The position numbers were made by a program, and so were the translations under genes. From a virus (taxonomy: Duplodnaviria; Heunggongvirae; Uroviricota; Caudoviricetes): a stretch of DNA of 64,000 nucleotides. This document shows positions 37,593-49,026 of the stretch, piece by piece (position 1 is the stretch's first letter; each line of letters begins with the position of its first letter). The DNA lies in the IMG/VR virus record IMGVR_UViG_3300046804_001058, positions 1 to 64,000 of that record. The stretch is one strand, 5' to 3'. The notes under the pieces are model-generated. The model ran no database searches and was not told the DNA's origin. It saw only the letters and a program-made list of their open reading frames with translations.

Positions 37593-40500
37593 ATGCCAGA
37601 TTTTGATCAAAACCTCAAACCTATTCTAAAGAACGAAAGTTCAACGCTTCCTAATTTGGATAACCCAGCTTCTACTGGAAGATTTGGGTATCAGCAAAGT
37701 TTGGGTAGTGGCCAAAGTGCTGTAGATAGTTTCTTTGGTAAAGGTCCTATTGTAAATGATATGGCTCCTACAGTTACTAGTCAGGAACTATATGACAATA
37801 GACGTTATGCTATATTCAGTCCTGACATTACAGATATTGAGAATCAAAAAGCTAATGCTCAATCTTGGGGAACTCAAGCTGCCAATGGTATCTTGAAAGG
37901 ATTAAACTTAGCTGCCACTACAACTATTGGTGGCTTTGGTATGTTAGAAGGTGCATTAGAAGCAACCTTCTCTGGAAGACTTGCTGACATTTGGGATAAC
38001 AGTATTTTAAGAGGATTAGATGATTGGAACAATAAAGTAGACCAAGAGTATCTACCTAACTATTATAGTACAAAAGAAACAACAGCTAACTGGTATTCTA
38101 CAGACAACTGGTTCAGACCAAACTTCTTATTTGATAAGTTGGTAAAGAACAGTGGGTATGCTGTAGGTGCAATGATTAGTGGTAATATTGCTAATGCTGG
38201 TATTTTAAAAGCAGGACGTGCTCTTGGTGCATTAGCTGATGCATATGCTGTAGGAGCTGAAGCTTCTCAGTCATTTAAAACTTTCACTCCTTTATTAAAG
38301 AATATGTCAAGAGCTTTCAGTGTTGGTAAAAACATTGAGGCTGCTGCTGTATTGGAGAAAGGTATTGCATCTGTTGCAGATATTGCTGCTCAGTCTTCTG
38401 AGTTAGCTGAGATTGCATCTCAAACAAATACATTATTTAAGATTAATGACATTGGTAGAAGAACAGCTATTGCTGCATATTCTTCTGCAGGTGAAGCATC
38501 TTTTGAAGCATTACAAACAAGTAGAGAATATAGAAAGAATGCAATTGCTCAGTATGTAGAAGCTAATGGTGTTGAGCCTACTGGTGAAGACTTAGATCAA
38601 ATTAACAAAGAAGCTGAGACTGTAGGTAAAACTTCATTCTTTGGTAACATGGCTATCTTGAGTGCTACAGAATATGTACAACTTCCTAAGATATTAGGAT
38701 CTTCTTATTCTGCTAGTAAGCAGGCTGCTAATAGCTTAATGGGACAAATTGATAATGTTGTATTAAGAGATGGTAAATATGTAGCTGAAGAAGCTGCAAC
38801 TAAGTTTGCTAAAATTTATGACAAAGCTAAAGGTGTAGCTAGATATGCATTTGATCCTAAAGAGGCATTGCAAGAAGGTTTACAAACTGGCTTACAAGTT
38901 GGTGTTCAGAACTACTATAACAAAGCATTCCAAACAAACAATGCTAATGTTTGGGTAGATGGATTCTTATATGGTTTAAATGGTACCAACAAAGAAGGTA
39001 AAGGTGTAGGTGTCTTGAATTCTAAAGAAGGTATGGAAAGCCTTTTACTTGGTGGTATCACTGGAGGAATGATGCAGATTCGTGGTAACATTGCTCAAAA
39101 CAGAGCTGTTGCTGAAAATACCCAAGCATTTGTTAATACACTTAATAGCACACCATCATTTAAACAAGCCTTCCAAGATAGAATGGATGGCATTAATAGA
39201 GGTGTAATGTTGCAACAGCAACAACAAGCCGCTATTCTTCAAGGTGATAGATTAGAAGCTAAAGATCTTGAAGCAGATTTATTACATAACTACTTAGCCC
39301 CACGTATCAAGTATGGTAGATTTGATATGATTTCTGATGACATCAAAGAGTTGAAAAGAGATGGCATGACAGAAGGTGGATTAAGTCAACTTAAAGAACA
39401 AGGACTTGCTAACATTAACGATACTGTTGAAACCTACTTACAAAGACTTAATAACTTTGAGAAGGTAGCTGGACAAGTAGAAGAGTTATACAAGTCTCTT
39501 GATTTAAGATACTCTGGTGAGATTGATGATAAAGGTAACAGAAAGTATTCCACTCAAGTACTTGATAAGATGGTATACGCTGGTGCTAAAATCATGAACT
39601 ATGATACACGTATCCCTCAAGTGAATGCTCCATTAGCAGAAGCTGGTATTGATACCACTACTATATTAACAGATATTATTACAAACAAGAAACCTAACAA
39701 AGAAGCAACAGAAGCTGCTATTGAGCAAATCAATAACATGGATGTAACTTCTGAAGTGAAGGATGACCTTAAGTTAGCATTAACTGATACTATTGAACTT
39801 TCTTTACGTAGAAAGTTATTCATTGATCAATATGATGATATTAAAGCTAACCCTGAAAAGTATCAGGTTAGAACACAATTGGCTGATGAAGAAGAAGCTC
39901 CAGTTGAAGTACAACAAGTTGAAGATGGTAAGACTAAGAAGAAAGAATTGACCGTAGGTCAAGAGTATTCTTTAGACCAATCTTATATCAGAGATGGTAA
40001 TGGTTTAGTATTAGCCCCTAAGATAACAGTTCAAGCACAAACTCTTGGTGGAGAGTATGAGGTGAAACTTCCTAACGGAAGAACTAGCTTCTTGACTCCT
40101 GAGCAATTTAAAGCTTATAAAGTTAGTGACGTAGATAATACATCTGATGAATTGGCTAACTTATTGGATAATGTAATTACTAGAGTTGTTAGTCAACCTA
40201 AGTATAAAGATGTAGCTGATACAATGCCTGCTGGAGAAGATGCTGAAAAAACATTATTACAACATATCAATGAGCAGGATAATCCTGAATTGATTGATGA
40301 AATTGAGGCAGCGTTTAAAACTGAGTCTGAAGCATTCATGAAGCAAGCTGAAAAGATTGCTAAAGACAATAAACTTGCTAAAGAGTTAAATGATACTTTA
40401 GATATAGGTAGTGAAGTGGGAGGTACAGAACAAGCTACTGCTCCTAGTGCAACTAAACCAACAGATGTTCTTCCTAGAGCAACTGTTGCATCTCAACAAA

Positions 40501-43500
40501 TCCCTGGATACAGAAACTCTAACTTCTTTGGAGTTAAGTTAAACAGCTTCCCTAACAGAAAGAACATCCGTGGTGTATATGTTACACAAGCTAATGAGGC
40601 TCAATTAGGTTTATCTGGATTAATGGTTTATTTAAAAGGTGACAGTGATGTAGATCCTGCTAAGACTATTGCATTTGTAATGGTGGAACAAATAGGGGAT
40701 AAACTAACTGTTATTGGTAAAGACGGTAAACCACTTGCTAAACCTACAGTAGAAGATGCTGTGTATCAAGTGATGCCTGATCCTAAGTTCAAGGTGAGTG
40801 AGAAGTATGGTGGAAAGAGTATGTTCAGAGAAGGTACTCCAGAAGAGGTAAAAGAAGATATTATTGCTAAGTATACAGCATGGGTTAACGAAACTCTATC
40901 TGAGACTAGCTTAATTCCTCATACGATAGAAGCTTCTTTTGGTAAAGCTGAAACTGTAGCTAACAGCAAAACTGCTGTAACAAGTGCTGATTTAATTAAG
41001 CCTTCTGATTTAAATACAAAGGCTGTATTATATGTTCCTACAACTGATGGTGCAATTACAAGAGGTTCTACTTCTTATACAAATCCATTAGGTAAGATAT
41101 TCTTAAAAGCTGCTAACGGTTATGTTATGTTACAGAACAACAAACATAGCGAGAAGCAGGCTGCTGTAATTTACGATGCAGTATTAGAACTTGCAAAGAT
41201 TGCAAACAGTGAATTTAATTTACAATCAGACAATGCTAAGAGATTAGTTAACTGGTTGAGAAGTACTGTATATTGGGGTAAACCTTACAATGCTCCTGGT
41301 GTAAATAGTGTGTGGTTTGAGAAAGGTAAGTTACACATGGGTAATGAAGGTAAAACATACACATTCACACAAGCTGGTATAGAAGCTGCTAGGACAGAAA
41401 TCATTGCTAACCTACAGAACATGTATCATAATGTTAGATCAGCATCTGTATCTAGTGAATTAAAAACTAACAGTGTTGAAAACTGGACATTGCCTTACGA
41501 ACAAATCCTTGGTGTAAAAGATGGTAAGATAGAATCTAAACAATGGAAGAACTATCAATCATACTTGTTATCTTCTGAAGGAAGAAACAGTGAAGATATT
41601 CCTTTGACTACTAACATCAAAGCTGTATCTAATGAAGATGAAGTTAACAGACAAGGTGTATACTTTGTAGCTACAGATATGGCTGACAGATATGCTACTC
41701 CTCTTCCAAAGGTAAAAGCTCCTAAAACATTAACTCCAGGTTCTCCTAAAGCTGATGTTGCTAATGCTATTGAAGATGGTAAGTTAACTACAATCAGTAA
41801 TCCTACTTTTGGTACAGTTCACTTTATCCCTAACTTCAATAATTTAGATGAGATTGAATTTGTTACAACTGACCCAACTAATCCAGAGTCTATTAAGATG
41901 GCTGCAGATAACGCTGCTGCTTTTGCTAAAGTGGAAGCTGGTAAGATTGCTGCATCTATTGCTCAGAAGATTAGAAACGAGCAAGCTGCAGTTAAAGAGG
42001 AGGCTAAGGCTGTAGCTCCTATTATTGAAGAGAACAAGATCTCTGAGAGTGATGAGGAGTTGATGAGAAGACAAATGAATGAAACTGAGGACGATGCTCC
42101 TTTCCGTACTAAATTACAAAATCAAGAAGAATCATTTGAAAAAGAGAACTGGCCTAAAGTAGAGAAGTTCTTAAAAGATAAATTCCCTAATCTTCCTGTA
42201 TATAGAGTTAAGAACATCATTAGAAATGCTGCTGGACAAGAGATGTTTGGTATGTTCAAAGATGGTGCTATCTATGTATATGAAGGTGCAGAAACTGGTA
42301 CGGTATATCATGAGGTGTTCCATGGTGTTTACAGAATGTTTACAAGCCCAGAGGAACGCAATAGCATCAGAGATGAATTTAGATCTAGAGCAGGAAGCTT
42401 TACAGATAGAGCTACTGGTCAGGAGCTTAAATACTCTGATGCTACAGATATACAAATAGAGGAACAATTAGCTGAAGAGTTAATTGACTACATTCAAAAT
42501 GGTAAGCTACCAGCTAAACCAAAAGATGGTAGACCGTTTATTGTTAAGATGTTTGCTGACTTTGTAAACTTTGTTAAGTCATTGTTCACAGGTAAGAAGG
42601 CTGCATTAACTACAAATGAATTATTCAAGCAAATTAAGAAAGGAGATTTCAAACAATACTCTCCTATTACATCTAGTTTGTCTTATGCTAGCAAAGGTAT
42701 TATAGATATTGACTCAGCTATTGCTGGGCCAGGTGCTGTTGCACGTCTAAAAATGTCTGGACAAACTGTTCATGACATTATGCAACAAATGACTTATATC
42801 ACATTGGGTGATATAGTTAAGAGTGATGAAGGTTTATTCAATATTGAGAAGATTAAGAAATCAGCTCTATATGAAAAACTTAAAGACAACTTGCAAAAGA
42901 CAGCTCTTAAATCTAGAAAGAGTGCTGAGCAATTAGTTAGAGATGGTAAGTTCACACAAGAACAAGCTAATCCTATCATTGAGAAGTCTGTTGCTTTGTG
43001 GAAAGATATCACTGAAAACTGGGATGATATTGTAGCAAAACATGAGGAATACCTTAAGGCTTACTCTATTCAGTTTGATGAGAATGAAGAAACAGCATTT
43101 GCTGATCAAGACAGATCAAAAGGTTCTGACTATATAGATAGTAGCAAGATTGATAGCTTTAAGAAAGCTGCTGCTGCTACTAAGATTTTATTATCCACTA
43201 TACCTATTGTAAGAGATGGTAAGTTGGATTACTCATCTATTAACGGTGTAAGATTATTACCTGTTAGTGAGGTGTACATGACTTTGTTAAACAAAACTCA
43301 CAATGCACGTAATGTTGATGAGATGATTAGCAGAATCTATGACATAGCTAAGAATGACGAAAACTATCGTACGTTGTATGAGCGTATCACTAAGAGTAAG
43401 TTTGCTGATAACAACTTTGACTTCTCTACTATTAAGAATACACATGAGGAAAGATTAATCTCTGCATTGTGGAAATTACTTAAGAAACAGAATCCAGAAG

Positions 43501-46500
43501 TTAAGAACTTGTTTATATTAGAGAATGGCGAGGCTCAAGTTGGAGACTCTAACTTTGGTACAGCAACTAGACAATTAAGTGCAACGTATACAAGTGCCAT
43601 TATTAATAGCATCAAAACAACTCCTAAGTACTTTACATTTGATAAGAAAGAGAATGCTTTTGTTCCTGTAAGAGATGTTAATGGTGTAGCTGCTATTGAA
43701 GATGTAGATATCAACACTCCAGAAACTCAAAGAAGATTCTTAGGTTCATTAGGTATTAGCTTCACTAAAGATGATTACGAGAACTTAGATGGAGATGATA
43801 AAACAAGATTCCAAGATGCTGTTAAAGGTATTAAGAAGAGTTTTGTAGATGCTAAACGAATCACTACCTTCTCTGGTAAGACATTGTCTATCAAAGGTAG
43901 ATTGATGACACTAGCTGAGTTGAAAGTTAAACTTGCAAACCCAGAGTTTGATAGTACATTCTACAATGTGAATGGTGAGATGACTCAAACGTTCCTTGGT
44001 ACAAATGCTGCTAGTAACTTATTTGATACACTTTCTCAGGTTTCTAATAAGAAAGAGTTAGCAAACACTCCGTATGCATACTTGCTTACAGACTCCTTTG
44101 CTCAGAACTCTACTATATTAAACATGATGTTTGATGTAGAAACTGGTGATAGAATTCAAGGCTCTGAGGAGTTAATGAAAACATCATGGGCTGATGGTAC
44201 ACAAAATGCTACAAATGGTAAGAAGAAATCTTCTGCTAAATTAACATATAAAGAGCGTTTGATCCAAGAGATCAATATGAACTTAGCTGGTTATTATTAT
44301 ACATTAGTTCCAGGTGATGCTTCATTAGAATGGCAAACTTATATGAAGAATGCTATTACTGCTGATCAATTACTTTCTGGGAACGATGCTATATTTGATA
44401 TCTTTAAAGGTTATTTCACATCTGAAATGAACCTAGCTAGAGAGAATCGTCCTACAAAGAATAGCAAAGATTTACGTTTCTTCAAACCTATCTTAGGAGA
44501 CAGCTTACACAATAAGTTGATTGAATTAGAAGGAGCTCCTGAAGTTATCTATGAAAATAATAAAGAGGTTATTGATAAGGCTGTATTAGCATTTATCAAT
44601 AAGAAGACTGAAGGATTCAAAACTAACCTTGAAAAGTATGGTGTAATCACTCCTGGAATGGGACGTCAGACCTGGGAAGTAACAAACTTACAGTTTGCTC
44701 AAGGAGGAACTATATCAGAACAAAACTTAAATAGAGAGTTAACAGCATTGTCAGTTAACTTTATGGTTAACAACATTGAGTTACATAAGTTATTGTTCTC
44801 TGATCCATATCAATATTCTGATGAGTTAAAGCGTATCAAGAACTTCTTATCTCCACGTCAGGCTATTATTTCTAACTCAGCTAATATGAATGATGTATTA
44901 GATAGAGTTTGGAACGCAGGTTATGAAAGAGGAGATATTGGTTACACTGATATGAATCAAGACTTCTTCAGAACTATCACTATGTCTGACGTACTTAGCA
45001 CAAACAAACTTGCTGATTACAGTACTGAGCCTTATGAAGAATCAGATGGTTCTGGTATCATCATGTTTAAATCATACCGTAACTTCAGAATCCGTGCTAA
45101 TGATTGGACAGATGAGAATGAAGAGCAGTACAAATATGATATAGCTTGGGAGAAGAGATTCAAAGGATTGCCTATGTCTGAAGCAGAGAAGACAATCTTG
45201 AAAGGACTTAACCCTAATGTAAAGAGTACATATACATCTATCAAGCCTATTGTTTCTGGTAATAAAGGAAATGGTCAGTCTTACAATGATGTTGTACTAG
45301 ATAAATTTGCATTGTATCCATTATCATTCCGTATTCTACAAGAGATTAATCAGGCTGGTAATAGAGATAACTCTAATGCTGTAGAGCATTATAATAAGAT
45401 GCAAGCTGAGAATATTGACTACAGTGTATTTAAGTCTGGTAGAAAGGTTGGTGCACAAACTCAACATAAGTTGTACAATGAGGATGGATCATTTAATGAT
45501 GCTTCTTATGATGCAACAGGTATAGTTAATATTCCATTTGGCATCATATCTGTACAATCAGAAGTTCCATCTAAAGATGTAGAACTTGTAACTAGAGGTT
45601 CTCAAATCACTAAGTTAGCTACTATGGACTTTATGGAAGCTGGTGTACCTATTGACTTTGAGAAAGGTGGTAATATTAATACTAGATATGAAAAGTGGTT
45701 TAAGTTAACAGAAGATCAAAAGTTAGCTAAATCTAAATTATATAAAGAGATTAAAAATAACCAAGCATTGCTAGGAGCAATGATGGAAGAAGGTTATCAA
45801 AATCTACTTAAACAAATGGGTATTGTTGAAAATGCTGATAATACATTTAGCATTGACAATACAGCTAAGGTGGGAGAAATCTTACGTAAGGAGATTCTTA
45901 AGAGAGAAGTTAATGACAACATTGCTGACGCATTAGCTGGATTCTTGGAAGGTCACACTACTATAGAAGCTACTCCTGCGTATCAGCAAATCAGAAGCAT
46001 TCTTTACTCTATTGCTGATAGAGAGGTTATTAGCCCTAAGATTTCTGGTGGTATGAAGGTACAAATCCCTTCTACATTATTAGAAGAAGTTAGAGGTAAA
46101 GCAACTGATGTTAACGGTAAACAAGCTTACGAGTCTGATGTATTAGATTTTTATACAGATAAGGACGGTAAGCGTGTGTGTGAAATCATGTTAGGTAGAT
46201 GGTTCTATAGTCCAATGAGTGACAAGGACCTACTTGACTACTTGAATAATACAGAAGAAGGTCAAAAGATCTTATCTGGTGTTGGTTTCCGTATCCCTAC
46301 TCAAAAGCAAAACTCTATTGATAGCTTTGTAATCAAACAATTCTTACCTGAAGAGTTTGGAGATAACGTGGTTATTCCTTCAGCATTAGTTAAGAAGGCA
46401 GGTTCTGACTTTGATATTGATAAGTTGTCTGTATACTTAAAGAACGTATATGAAGATGCTGATGGTAATGTGAGACTTGTTCCTTACGTAGGTATGGGAG

Positions 46501-49025
46501 AAGAAGGTAAAGCTAAGTTTAATGAGCAACTAAACCTTAAAGGTGGATATAAAATGTCTCTTGAGAATGCTTATATCCAATCTCTACAAAACTTAATATC
46601 TAGTTCTGAGAACTTTAAAGCGTTAGTTAAGCCTAACTCTGCAGATCAATTAAAAGGATTAGCTAAAGAGATTACTAAGAAATTAGGAATGCAGTCACTT
46701 GACTCTTCTTCTTTAGACAACATGTTGGATAGAGAGTACATGTCTAGATTAAGACAAGCGTTTGTATCTGGTAAGTACGCAATTGGTATTGCTGCTAGAA
46801 ACCAAACAAACCACTCATTAAACCAACGTCAACTTGTATATGTTGACCCAGCTAAAATCACAAAAGAAGATGAAGTTTGGTTAAAAGATGGGGCTATTAC
46901 ATTTGAAGAATACAATAAAATTAATGTAGGTGGCAGAGATTATGCTACTATCTCCATGGTTAATAATGCTGAAAGAAGTGAAGAGTTCCCAGAAGGACAA
47001 GCTATATCTGATATCAACGCTCAGTTTATTGATGGTTATGTTGATATCTCTAAGGGTCCATGGATCATGGAATTAGGTGCTACACCAAATGTAACTTCTA
47101 CATGGATGTTCTTATCAAGCATTGGTGTACCTATTGATACAGTTGCCTACTTTATGAACCAACCAATCATTCGTGATTACTTGGCTAAGGTTGAGAACTC
47201 AGGATACAGTTGGTTATTCATTGATGACTTTGTGAAAGAAATAAAAGCTCTTAATAAATATAGCGTAGGAAGAAACTATGATTTCTCTAAAATCAAAACT
47301 ATTCCTAGCAAAACACAATTACGTAAAACTGTAGGAGCTATTGGTAGAGATTTAAACAGAGACCAGAAAGCAGAGCAACAATTCATGTTAGATGAATTCT
47401 TGAAGTATGCTAAGATGGCTAGTCAAATGTTTACATTCTCTCAAGGTACAAACTTTGATACAGCTACATTCAATGATCCATACTTAGTGTTCAAGAAGAT
47501 GGAGCAATTGAAGAAAGCTCAGAATACAATCTTCTCATCTTTGGACGAAGAAGGTAAAGTTATCTCTGGTGTAGATAGCGTATTGAAGAACTCTTTCTTA
47601 GGTAAATTAGCTGAGAAGATTGGTAATATTAGAAATGCTTATGCAAAAGTTCTTAAGTCTGATGCTCCTAATGTAAGAAATGTAATTGAGAACGTATTAA
47701 GAGATTACGTAGATATGCCTGATTCTGATTTCATCAGAGTGAGTCAAAAGGCTGTGTCTGATTTATTTGACTGGGCTGTACAGATTGATAAGAAATATAA
47801 CAATCAAATCACCAACTTATTATTGTCTAAAGACAATGCTGCAGGTGAATTATCTAAGTTTATCACAGAAGTTAAGAACACACCTAATCATCCTTTACGT
47901 AACAATCAGATAATCAAGTTGTTAGATCCAATTATTAATGGTGCTGAAAAAGGTGTTAACAATGCTAAGATCAACAATAAGAGCAACAAGGTATTTGATC
48001 AGAATCAAATCATCTATGGGTTTAATGAATTGAAACGATACTTAGAAGACAATGGTAGTACATTATATGATAAGCTTGTAAGACTTGCTGTGTTACAATC
48101 TGGATTGTCTAACTCTCCAATATCATTTACTTCGTTATTGCCATATGAAGATTTCAAAGAAATCTACAACAAGACTTTGTCTAATTTAGAAAATATGCCT
48201 AACTTAGCGGACTTCAATACATTGAAGGTATTCCAAAGAAATAACTGGAATGATTCAGATATTGTCCCATCAAGAAAGGCTAAAAGGATTACTACAGCAA
48301 GTGGAGATGTATATTACCAAAACAATGCAAACTTCACTGGTAATAAAGCTGCTACAGAAGCTATTGCTGCTGGAGAGATTCCAAGATTGCTTAAGATGTC
48401 CTCTTTATCTAGAGAAGCTCAAGCTGATGTTGTGGTTTATTCTTGGGAACAAGTACCTCAGGGTAAGAAGAAATATGACATGATTAAGGAAGGTGACTTC
48501 TCATATATCAAGAAAGGTTTATTCCAAAAGGTATATGACGGTACAACTCCTCTATCATTCTTAAATAAATATGGCACTCCAACATATGTCTATAAAATGA
48601 TTAATGCTTGGGGAGATTCTAGAAGAGTTGGTGAAAATTATTTCAGTGCAAATGAATTTTATGCGTTTGCTCAGAAGTCAGTAATTGACAATGGTTTCTT
48701 AGAAGCAAATGAAGTGGAGGATGATGCAATCACACAATACTTCTCAGCTGAACCGTCTGCAATTGTTAGCACATCACCAAAGATTCAAGATGAATTGATT
48801 GATGAAGATGCTACGTTAATTGAAGATGATGCAGAACAATTAGGTCAGGCATTAGAAGAGACAATCAAGGAAAGTGCTAATATGGAAATTCCTTCTGGAA
48901 AGGTTAAATTGAAAGATGGTAACTATCATGAATTGACTGCTATAGATGGTAAGTATCTTAGCGAACTAGGATACTCACAAAGAGATATAAATAAAATTTT
49001 ACAAACAATCTGTAAACTAGGATAA
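37593..49025 (+). CDS. giant protein (3810 aa); candidate virion-packaged multidomain protein with zincin-like HEXXH and DxDxD motifs (possible virion RNA polymerase)
   Basis: Uninterrupted 11.4-kb ORF. 'VYHEVFHGVYRMF...PEE' at aa 1573-1577 (nt 42309-42323) and 'GSDFDIDKLSVY' at aa 2939-2943 (nt 46407-46421). Confidence 0.5.
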   Translation: MPDFDQNLKPILKNESSTLPNLDNPASTGRFGYQQSLGSGQSAVDSFFGKGPIVNDMAPTVTSQELYDNRRYAIFSPDITDIENQKANAQSWGTQAANGILKGLNLAATTTIGGFGMLEGALEATFSGRLADIWDNSILRGLDDWNNKVDQEYLPNYYSTKETTANWYSTDNWFRPNFLFDKLVKNSGYAVGAMISGNIANAGILKAGRALGALADAYAVGAEASQSFKTFTPLLKNMSRAFSVGKNIEAAAVLEKGIASVADIAAQSSELAEIASQTNTLFKINDIGRRTAIAAYSSAGEASFEALQTSREYRKNAIAQYVEANGVEPTGEDLDQINKEAETVGKTSFFGNMAILSATEYVQLPKILGSSYSASKQAANSLMGQIDNVVLRDGKYVAEEAATKFAKIYDKAKGVARYAFDPKEALQEGLQTGLQVGVQNYYNKAFQTNNANVWVDGFLYGLNGTNKEGKGVGVLNSKEGMESLLLGGITGGMMQIRGNIAQNRAVAENTQAFVNTLNSTPSFKQAFQDRMDGINRGVMLQQQQQAAILQGDRLEAKDLEADLLHNYLAPRIKYGRFDMISDDIKELKRDGMTEGGLSQLKEQGLANINDTVETYLQRLNNFEKVAGQVEELYKSLDLRYSGEIDDKGNRKYSTQVLDKMVYAGAKIMNYDTRIPQVNAPLAEAGIDTTTILTDIITNKKPNKEATEAAIEQINNMDVTSEVKDDLKLALTDTIELSLRRKLFIDQYDDIKANPEKYQVRTQLADEEEAPVEVQQVEDGKTKKKELTVGQEYSLDQSYIRDGNGLVLAPKITVQAQTLGGEYEVKLPNGRTSFLTPEQFKAYKVSDVDNTSDELANLLDNVITRVVSQPKYKDVADTMPAGEDAEKTLLQHINEQDNPELIDEIEAAFKTESEAFMKQAEKIAKDNKLAKELNDTLDIGSEVGGTEQATAPSATKPTDVLPRATVASQQIPGYRNSNFFGVKLNSFPNRKNIRGVYVTQANEAQLGLSGLMVYLKGDSDVDPAKTIAFVMVEQIGDKLTVIGKDGKPLAKPTVEDAVYQVMPDPKFKVSEKYGGKSMFREGTPEEVKEDIIAKYTAWVNETLSETSLIPHTIEASFGKAETVANSKTAVTSADLIKPSDLNTKAVLYVPTTDGAITRGSTSYTNPLGKIFLKAANGYVMLQNNKHSEKQAAVIYDAVLELAKIANSEFNLQSDNAKRLVNWLRSTVYWGKPYNAPGVNSVWFEKGKLHMGNEGKTYTFTQAGIEAARTEIIANLQNMYHNVRSASVSSELKTNSVENWTLPYEQILGVKDGKIESKQWKNYQSYLLSSEGRNSEDIPLTTNIKAVSNEDEVNRQGVYFVATDMADRYATPLPKVKAPKTLTPGSPKADVANAIEDGKLTTISNPTFGTVHFIPNFNNLDEIEFVTTDPTNPESIKMAADNAAAFAKVEAGKIAASIAQKIRNEQAAVKEEAKAVAPIIEENKISESDEELMRRQMNETEDDAPFRTKLQNQEESFEKENWPKVEKFLKDKFPNLPVYRVKNIIRNAAGQEMFGMFKDGAIYVYEGAETGTVYHEVFHGVYRMFTSPEERNSIRDEFRSRAGSFTDRATGQELKYSDATDIQIEEQLAEELIDYIQNGKLPAKPKDGRPFIVKMFADFVNFVKSLFTGKKAALTTNELFKQIKKGDFKQYSPITSSLSYASKGIIDIDSAIAGPGAVARLKMSGQTVHDIMQQMTYITLGDIVKSDEGLFNIEKIKKSALYEKLKDNLQKTALKSRKSAEQLVRDGKFTQEQANPIIEKSVALWKDITENWDDIVAKHEEYLKAYSIQFDENEETAFADQDRSKGSDYIDSSKIDSFKKAAAATKILLSTIPIVRDGKLDYSSINGVRLLPVSEVYMTLLNKTHNARNVDEMISRIYDIAKNDENYRTLYERITKSKFADNNFDFSTIKNTHEERLISALWKLLKKQNPEVKNLFILENGEAQVGDSNFGTATRQLSATYTSAIINSIKTTPKYFTFDKKENAFVPVRDVNGVAAIEDVDINTPETQRRFLGSLGISFTKDDYENLDGDDKTRFQDAVKGIKKSFVDAKRITTFSGKTLSIKGRLMTLAELKVKLANPEFDSTFYNVNGEMTQTFLGTNAASNLFDTLSQVSNKKELANTPYAYLLTDSFAQNSTILNMMFDVETGDRIQGSEELMKTSWADGTQNATNGKKKSSAKLTYKERLIQEINMNLAGYYYTLVPGDASLEWQTYMKNAITADQLLSGNDAIFDIFKGYFTSEMNLARENRPTKNSKDLRFFKPILGDSLHNKLIELEGAPEVIYENNKEVIDKAVLAFINKKTEGFKTNLEKYGVITPGMGRQTWEVTNLQFAQGGTISEQNLNRELTALSVNFMVNNIELHKLLFSDPYQYSDELKRIKNFLSPRQAIISNSANMNDVLDRVWNAGYERGDIGYTDMNQDFFRTITMSDVLSTNKLADYSTEPYEESDGSGIIMFKSYRNFRIRANDWTDENEEQYKYDIAWEKRFKGLPMSEAEKTILKGLNPNVKSTYTSIKPIVSGNKGNGQSYNDVVLDKFALYPLSFRILQEINQAGNRDNSNAVEHYNKMQAENIDYSVFKSGRKVGAQTQHKLYNEDGSFNDASYDATGIVNIPFGIISVQSEVPSKDVELVTRGSQITKLATMDFMEAGVPIDFEKGGNINTRYEKWFKLTEDQKLAKSKLYKEIKNNQALLGAMMEEGYQNLLKQMGIVENADNTFSIDNTAKVGEILRKEILKREVNDNIADALAGFLEGHTTIEATPAYQQIRSILYSIADREVISPKISGGMKVQIPSTLLEEVRGKATDVNGKQAYESDVLDFYTDKDGKRVCEIMLGRWFYSPMSDKDLLDYLNNTEEGQKILSGVGFRIPTQKQNSIDSFVIKQFLPEEFGDNVVIPSALVKKAGSDFDIDKLSVYLKNVYEDADGNVRLVPYVGMGEEGKAKFNEQLNLKGGYKMSLENAYIQSLQNLISSSENFKALVKPNSADQLKGLAKEITKKLGMQSLDSSSLDNMLDREYMSRLRQAFVSGKYAIGIAARNQTNHSLNQRQLVYVDPAKITKEDEVWLKDGAITFEEYNKINVGGRDYATISMVNNAERSEEFPEGQAISDINAQFIDGYVDISKGPWIMELGATPNVTSTWMFLSSIGVPIDTVAYFMNQPIIRDYLAKVENSGYSWLFIDDFVKEIKALNKYSVGRNYDFSKIKTIPSKTQLRKTVGAIGRDLNRDQKAEQQFMLDEFLKYAKMASQMFTFSQGTNFDTATFNDPYLVFKKMEQLKKAQNTIFSSLDEEGKVISGVDSVLKNSFLGKLAEKIGNIRNAYAKVLKSDAPNVRNVIENVLRDYVDMPDSDFIRVSQKAVSDLFDWAVQIDKKYNNQITNLLLSKDNAAGELSKFITEVKNTPNHPLRNNQIIKLLDPIINGAEKGVNNAKINNKSNKVFDQNQIIYGFNELKRYLEDNGSTLYDKLVRLAVLQSGLSNSPISFTSLLPYEDFKEIYNKTLSNLENMPNLADFNTLKVFQRNNWNDSDIVPSRKAKRITTASGDVYYQNNANFTGNKAATEAIAAGEIPRLLKMSSLSREAQADVVVYSWEQVPQGKKKYDMIKEGDFSYIKKGLFQKVYDGTTPLSFLNKYGTPTYVYKMINAWGDSRRVGENYFSANEFYAFAQKSVIDNGFLEANEVEDDAITQYFSAEPSAIVSTSPKIQDELIDEDATLIEDDAEQLGQALEETIKESANMEIPSGKVKLKDGNYHELTAIDGKYLSELGYSQRDINKILQTICKLG

Positions 49026-49026
49026 T

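Noticed and set aside
42309-42323. HEVFH read as a metzincin (HExxHxxGxxH) site
   Set aside because: Gly follows the second His immediately (HEVFHGV), not at +3, and there is no third His. Only a looser gluzincin-like reading (downstream Glu) is tenable, so it is kept as a low-confidence note in the giant-ORF finding.
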